Origin: an uncultured delta proteobacterium | GTDB taxonomy: Bacteria > Desulfobacterota > Desulfobaccia > Desulfobaccales > 0-14-0-80-60-11 | Assembly: GCA_963812015.1 (NCBI GenBank) | Contig: CAWETI010000002.1 | Location: 832,001-896,000 of the forward strand | DNA: 64,000 nucleotides | Direction of reading: 5' to 3' | Shown: positions 61,051-64,000 of the stretch, piece after piece | Layout: each line of letters opens with the position of its first letter | Numbering within the stretch: position 1 is the first letter of the stretch | The notes under the pieces: model-generated | Database searches by the model: none | Told to the model about the DNA's origin: nothing | What the model saw: the letters and a program-made list of their open reading frames with translations, nothing else | Translations under genes and position numbers: made by a program

Positions 61051-61974
61051 TTATGGATTGCCGCCGCCCAGGCGGCGTAATGGACAGGCCTGGGGGTCAT
61101 GAAAATCCGGACCCTCGATCTGGATAGTGTTGTGCTCCAGACCGAACCGGTGGCGCAGCAGTTCTTCCAGTTCCCAGATGAGGCAGTCCCGGTTGCTGTG
61201 GTCGTCGATGGTCACGTGGACGCTCAAAGAGTAGAGTCCCGAGGCGATGGTCCAGATGTGCAGGTCATGCACCTCCTTCACCTGGGGATGGCCCTTAAGG
61301 GACTGCTCCACCTCATCCAAGGCGATATGCCGGGGGGTGGACTCCAGCAGAATCTCCGCCGCCTCCCACACCAGCTGCCAGCTGCTGATGACGATCATCA
61401 CCCCGACGATGATGCCGGCCAGGGGGTCGAACCAGTACCAGCCTTGCCACCAGATGGCCAGCCCGGCCACCACCGCGGCAAAGGAGGCAAAGGAGTCGGA
61501 CAGCAGATGGATGAACGCCGACCGCAGATTGATGTTGTGCTCCCGGGTGGGCAAAAGCACATACATCCCGAACAGGTTAACCAGCAGGCCCAGGCTGGCG
61601 ATGATGATCAGCGGGCTGCCGCTGATGGCCGGCGGCTGGAACAGCCGTTGTGCGGCCTCAAAAAAGATATACCCGGCCATCGCCCAGAGCACTAGCCCGT
61701 TGATCAGGGCCACCAGGATTTCCAGGCGGTGGTAGCCGAAGGTTTTTTGGGCGGTGGGGGGTCTGGCGGCCCACTTGAGGGCCAGGAGGCTCAGGCCCAG
61801 GGCGCCCACGTCGCTCAACATGTGCCCGGCGTCGGCCAACAGGGCGAGGCTGTTGGTGACAATGCCGCCCCCCAACTCCACCACGAAAAAAGCTAACTGG
61901 GTCCAAAAGGCTAGTTGCAGGCGCCGGCGGCTGCCCTCGAATCGGTGTAAGTGGACGGGCGCGACGTCGTTCAT
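61051..61974 (-). CDS. CDF family metal efflux transporter (CzcD/ZitB-like)
   Basis: NSLALLADAGHMLSD, TFGYHRLE, NLRSAFIHLLSD, VHDLHIW, HNTIQ. Confidence 0.92.
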   Translation of the reverse strand: MNDVAPVHLHRFEGSRRRLQLAFWTQLAFFVVELGGGIVTNSLALLADAGHMLSDVGALGLSLLALKWAARPPTAQKTFGYHRLEILVALINGLVLWAMAGYIFFEAAQRLFQPPAISGSPLIIIASLGLLVNLFGMYVLLPTREHNINLRSAFIHLLSDSFASFAAVVAGLAIWWQGWYWFDPLAGIIVGVMIVISSWQLVWEAAEILLESTPRHIALDEVEQSLKGHPQVKEVHDLHIWTIASGLYSLSVHVTIDDHSNRDCLIWELEELLRHRFGLEHNTIQIEGPDFHDPQACPLRRLGGGNP

Positions 61975-62450
61975 ATCTGTTCCATGTGAATTTCCAGGAC
62001 CTGATAAGAGCCGATCCCCCGGGGGGTCTGCACTTGAATGCGGTCCCCCACGGCGCGGCCCAGGAGGGCCTTTCCCAAAGGCGAGGCCAGGGAGAGGTGA
62101 CCGGTTGCGGCGTCAGCCTCCAGGGGCCCCACCATCTTAAACTCCCGCTCCTGGCCGGTGTTCAGATTGACCACTCTGACCCGGGCGTTGAATCTTACCT
62201 TATTGGGAGACAGATTGCTCCCCACCAGGACCTCGGCGTTGGCCAGGGTCTGCTGCAACTGCCTGATGCGGCGTTCCAGCTTCCGGCGATGGGCCAGGGC
62301 GGAGTGGAAATCGGCATTTTTTTCCACCCTGCCTTCCTGGGCGGCCTCCAAAATTTCCTGAACGGCCTGGGGACGCTGCACCCGGCTGAGAAACTCCAGT
62401 TCCCGGATGAGCTTTTCATACCCGGCCCGGGTCAAGAGAATTTTTTCCAT
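61971..62450 (-). CDS. greA: Transcription elongation factor GreA/GreB family
   Basis: LTRAGYEKL..EL, LSLASPLGKALLG; the usual acidic tip GDLSENAEY reads GRVEKNADF. Confidence 0.8.
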   Translation of the reverse strand: MEKILLTRAGYEKLIRELEFLSRVQRPQAVQEILEAAQEGRVEKNADFHSALAHRRKLERRIRQLQQTLANAEVLVGSNLSPNKVRFNARVRVVNLNTGQEREFKMVGPLEADAATGHLSLASPLGKALLGRAVGDRIQVQTPRGIGSYQVLEIHMEQI

Positions 62451-62687
62451 AAAATCTGACTGCGACTACTTTGGTTTATGCCTCGGGACTCACGGCCCGT
62501 TACTTCGCCCACTTCAGTCCCCCAAGGCGCCGGGGGCCAAAAACAGGCGCATCTTTAACGTTCTCAATCATGAAGTTCGGCGAACCCGGCGGATTCGCTG
62601 ATATCAACCTATTCTTATCTAAAAAGACGGGTGGGGTCAACACCGGTGGCAACCGGGGCGCCGAGATTTTTCCGCCGGGACCGCTCC

Positions 62688-62717
62688 TTGACAGCCGGGG
62701 CCGCCCCCGTCTATGAT
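62688..62717 (+). promoter_or_regulatory. Sigma70-like promoter
   Basis: TTGACA-18 nt-TATGAT. Confidence 0.6.
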
Positions 62718-62808
62718 CAAGGCAACCCCGGCCAGGGGGACCCGACGGCGCGCCCGAGGCACTCAGATAGCCAGGCAGGCGGGTCGGGGCGCAAGGCCGG
62801 GGGCGCAC

Positions 62809-63006
62809 TAATGTTATGTCCCGGGAATATCTTAACAAAATATCGGCCCGCATAATTCCCCCTCCCCTGGTGGGAGGGGGTTGGGGGAGGGGGATAACAT
62901 AGCCCAATTCCAAGAAATTTCACCCCCACCCCAACCCTCCCCCATCAAGGGGGAGGGAGTAAAAGCCTAAAAAACTCAGGCAAGATAATCCTGGGACGGG
63001 ACAATA
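62809..63006. mobile_element. MITE with imperfect TIRs and apparent TA duplication, enclosing CCCTCCCC hairpins
   Basis: ctaatgttatgtcccgggaatatctt vs reverse complement of the right end ctattgtcccgtcccaggattatctt (20/26); the empty site would be CTAG. Confidence 0.7.
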
Positions 63007-63085
63007 GATTATGCCCCGCCGGACCCGGGCTGGCTCCCGCATCTCCATGGCCGCCAACCCGGCGGCAGTGAGAAAAACCTGCGGC

Positions 63086-63188
63086 TATAGCGAGTGCCAA
63101 AAGTTCTTTCCTTTTATCCCCTCTCCCCTTTAAGGGGAGAGGGTCAGGGTGAGGGGTATATAAGAAAAAACTTTTGGCAATGAGTATA
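63086..63188. mobile_element. Short MITE with TA-flanked TIRs enclosing one CCCTCTCCC hairpin (intact IS110 target)
   Basis: tatagcgagtgccaaaagttctttc vs reverse complement tatactcattgccaaaagttttttc (20/25). Confidence 0.72.
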
Positions 63189-63239
63189 AGTCACCGCCCC
63201 TGACGGCGAGGCTCGGGGCAAAGGGGGCGCCACTCGGCC

Positions 63240-63857
63240 ATGTTTTACCGGTTATCGCCTGAACTGGTATTGCGGTCCCGCTGGCGGCCGTACCGGCCCC
63301 GCCGGGGGGAGCGGGTGCTGGTGCTGGCGGGGACCTCGGTCTTCCCGCCGGGCCACCCCACCACCCGCCTGTGCCTCGACCTCCTGGTGGAGACCCTGGC
63401 GGCGGGGCTGGGCGAGCGGCTCCTGGACGTGGGCTGCGGTTCGGGGGCGCTACTCCTCACCGGGGTCGCCGCCGGCGCCCGGTCCGGGGTGGGGGTGGAC
63501 CTCTCCGGGGCGGCGGTGGCCACCACCCGGGAAAACGCCCGGGCCAATGGCCTGGCGGAGTCGGTGCAGGTGATCCGGGGCTCCACCGAATGTCTCCTGG
63601 GACCCTTCGTGATGATGCTGGGAAATTTGCCCTGGGCGGTCCAGATGGACAAAGTGGGAGAATTCATCCGGCTGGCCGCGCCGGGCGCCCGGCTGATCCT
63701 GTCGGGCTTCAAGGACACCCAGGAGGAGGAACTTCGGGCGGGTTATCAGCGGGCTGGCTGGGTCTTGGAACATCGCCGCACCCGGGATGAATGGGTTATC
63801 GAACTGCCGCCCGAGAAAAGCTATACCTGGGTGGCCTGGCGGCTGCGGCGGCACTGA
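63240..63857 (+). CDS. PrmA-like SAM-dependent methyltransferase
   Basis: FPPGHPTTRLCL, LLDVGCGSG, GVDLS, ENARANG, LILSG. Confidence 0.82.
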   Translation: MFYRLSPELVLRSRWRPYRPRRGERVLVLAGTSVFPPGHPTTRLCLDLLVETLAAGLGERLLDVGCGSGALLLTGVAAGARSGVGVDLSGAAVATTRENARANGLAESVQVIRGSTECLLGPFVMMLGNLPWAVQMDKVGEFIRLAAPGARLILSGFKDTQEEELRAGYQRAGWVLEHRRTRDEWVIELPPEKSYTWVAWRLRRH

Positions 63858-63866
63858 ATAAGGGGT

Positions 63867-63887
63867 GTAGGGCGGGCATTGCCCGCC
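63867..63887 (+). repeat. GTAG-family REP
   Basis: gtagggcgggcattgcccgcc. Confidence 0.65.
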
Positions 63888-64000
63888 ATCCATAGTGTGC
63901 CGTGCTCACACGATGCCAGACACAGGCGAGATGCTTGCGGCGCCATCTGGTTTCAAACTTTGAGGAGGTAAATCGTGACGCCCGAAGCAACCTACCAGTG

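Noticed and set aside
62610..62670. TTCTTATC..GGCAACC similarity to a SAM-I riboswitch
   Set aside because: The P2 kink-turn core and the 3' GATRA strand are absent; the region fits the divergent greA promoter better
62718..62806. c-di-GMP-I (GEMM) riboswitch-like words GGCAA..GCGCA and GATAGCC
   Set aside because: Element order, tetraloop and receptor do not match; kept only as an unassigned candidate RNA

Overview
GC-rich chromosomal window from an anaerobic bacterium. The gene content (Tat/selenocysteine formate dehydrogenase with HybA/NrfD-type partners, anaerobic sulfatase maturase, 2-oxoacid:ferredoxin oxidoreductase, FolE2, MucR) suggests a sulfate-reducer- or syntroph-like deltaproteobacterium; this is inference. 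Most of it is housekeeping, signalling and metabolic genes. The notable non-coding structure is: (1) a complete IS621-like IS110 element (33973-35159) inserted in a chromosomal CCCTCTCCC hairpin repeat, whose bridge RNA guides, CT core and circle-junction sigma70 promoter can be read directly; (2) two divergent fluoride (crcB-motif) riboswitches with terminators, one ahead of a CPA2 antiporter-Usp-hypothetical-MFS operon and one ahead of a dynamin-like GTPase, with no Fluc/CLC-F exporter in the window; (3) several MITE-like elements with unrelated terminal repeats that carry the same hairpin the IS110 targets; (4) an AT-rich AbiJ/HEPN-like gene bracketed by GTAG-type REPs inside the oxidoreductase operon; (5) a GT87 + UbiA/DprE1/DprE2/HAD lipid-linked arabinose cluster; (6) tRNA-Asn and tRNA-Gln beside an integrase scar, plus deletion scars (nifU'-'nifS, cheBR) and three frameshifted genes. 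All protein family calls come from motif recognition by eye, not from database searches.
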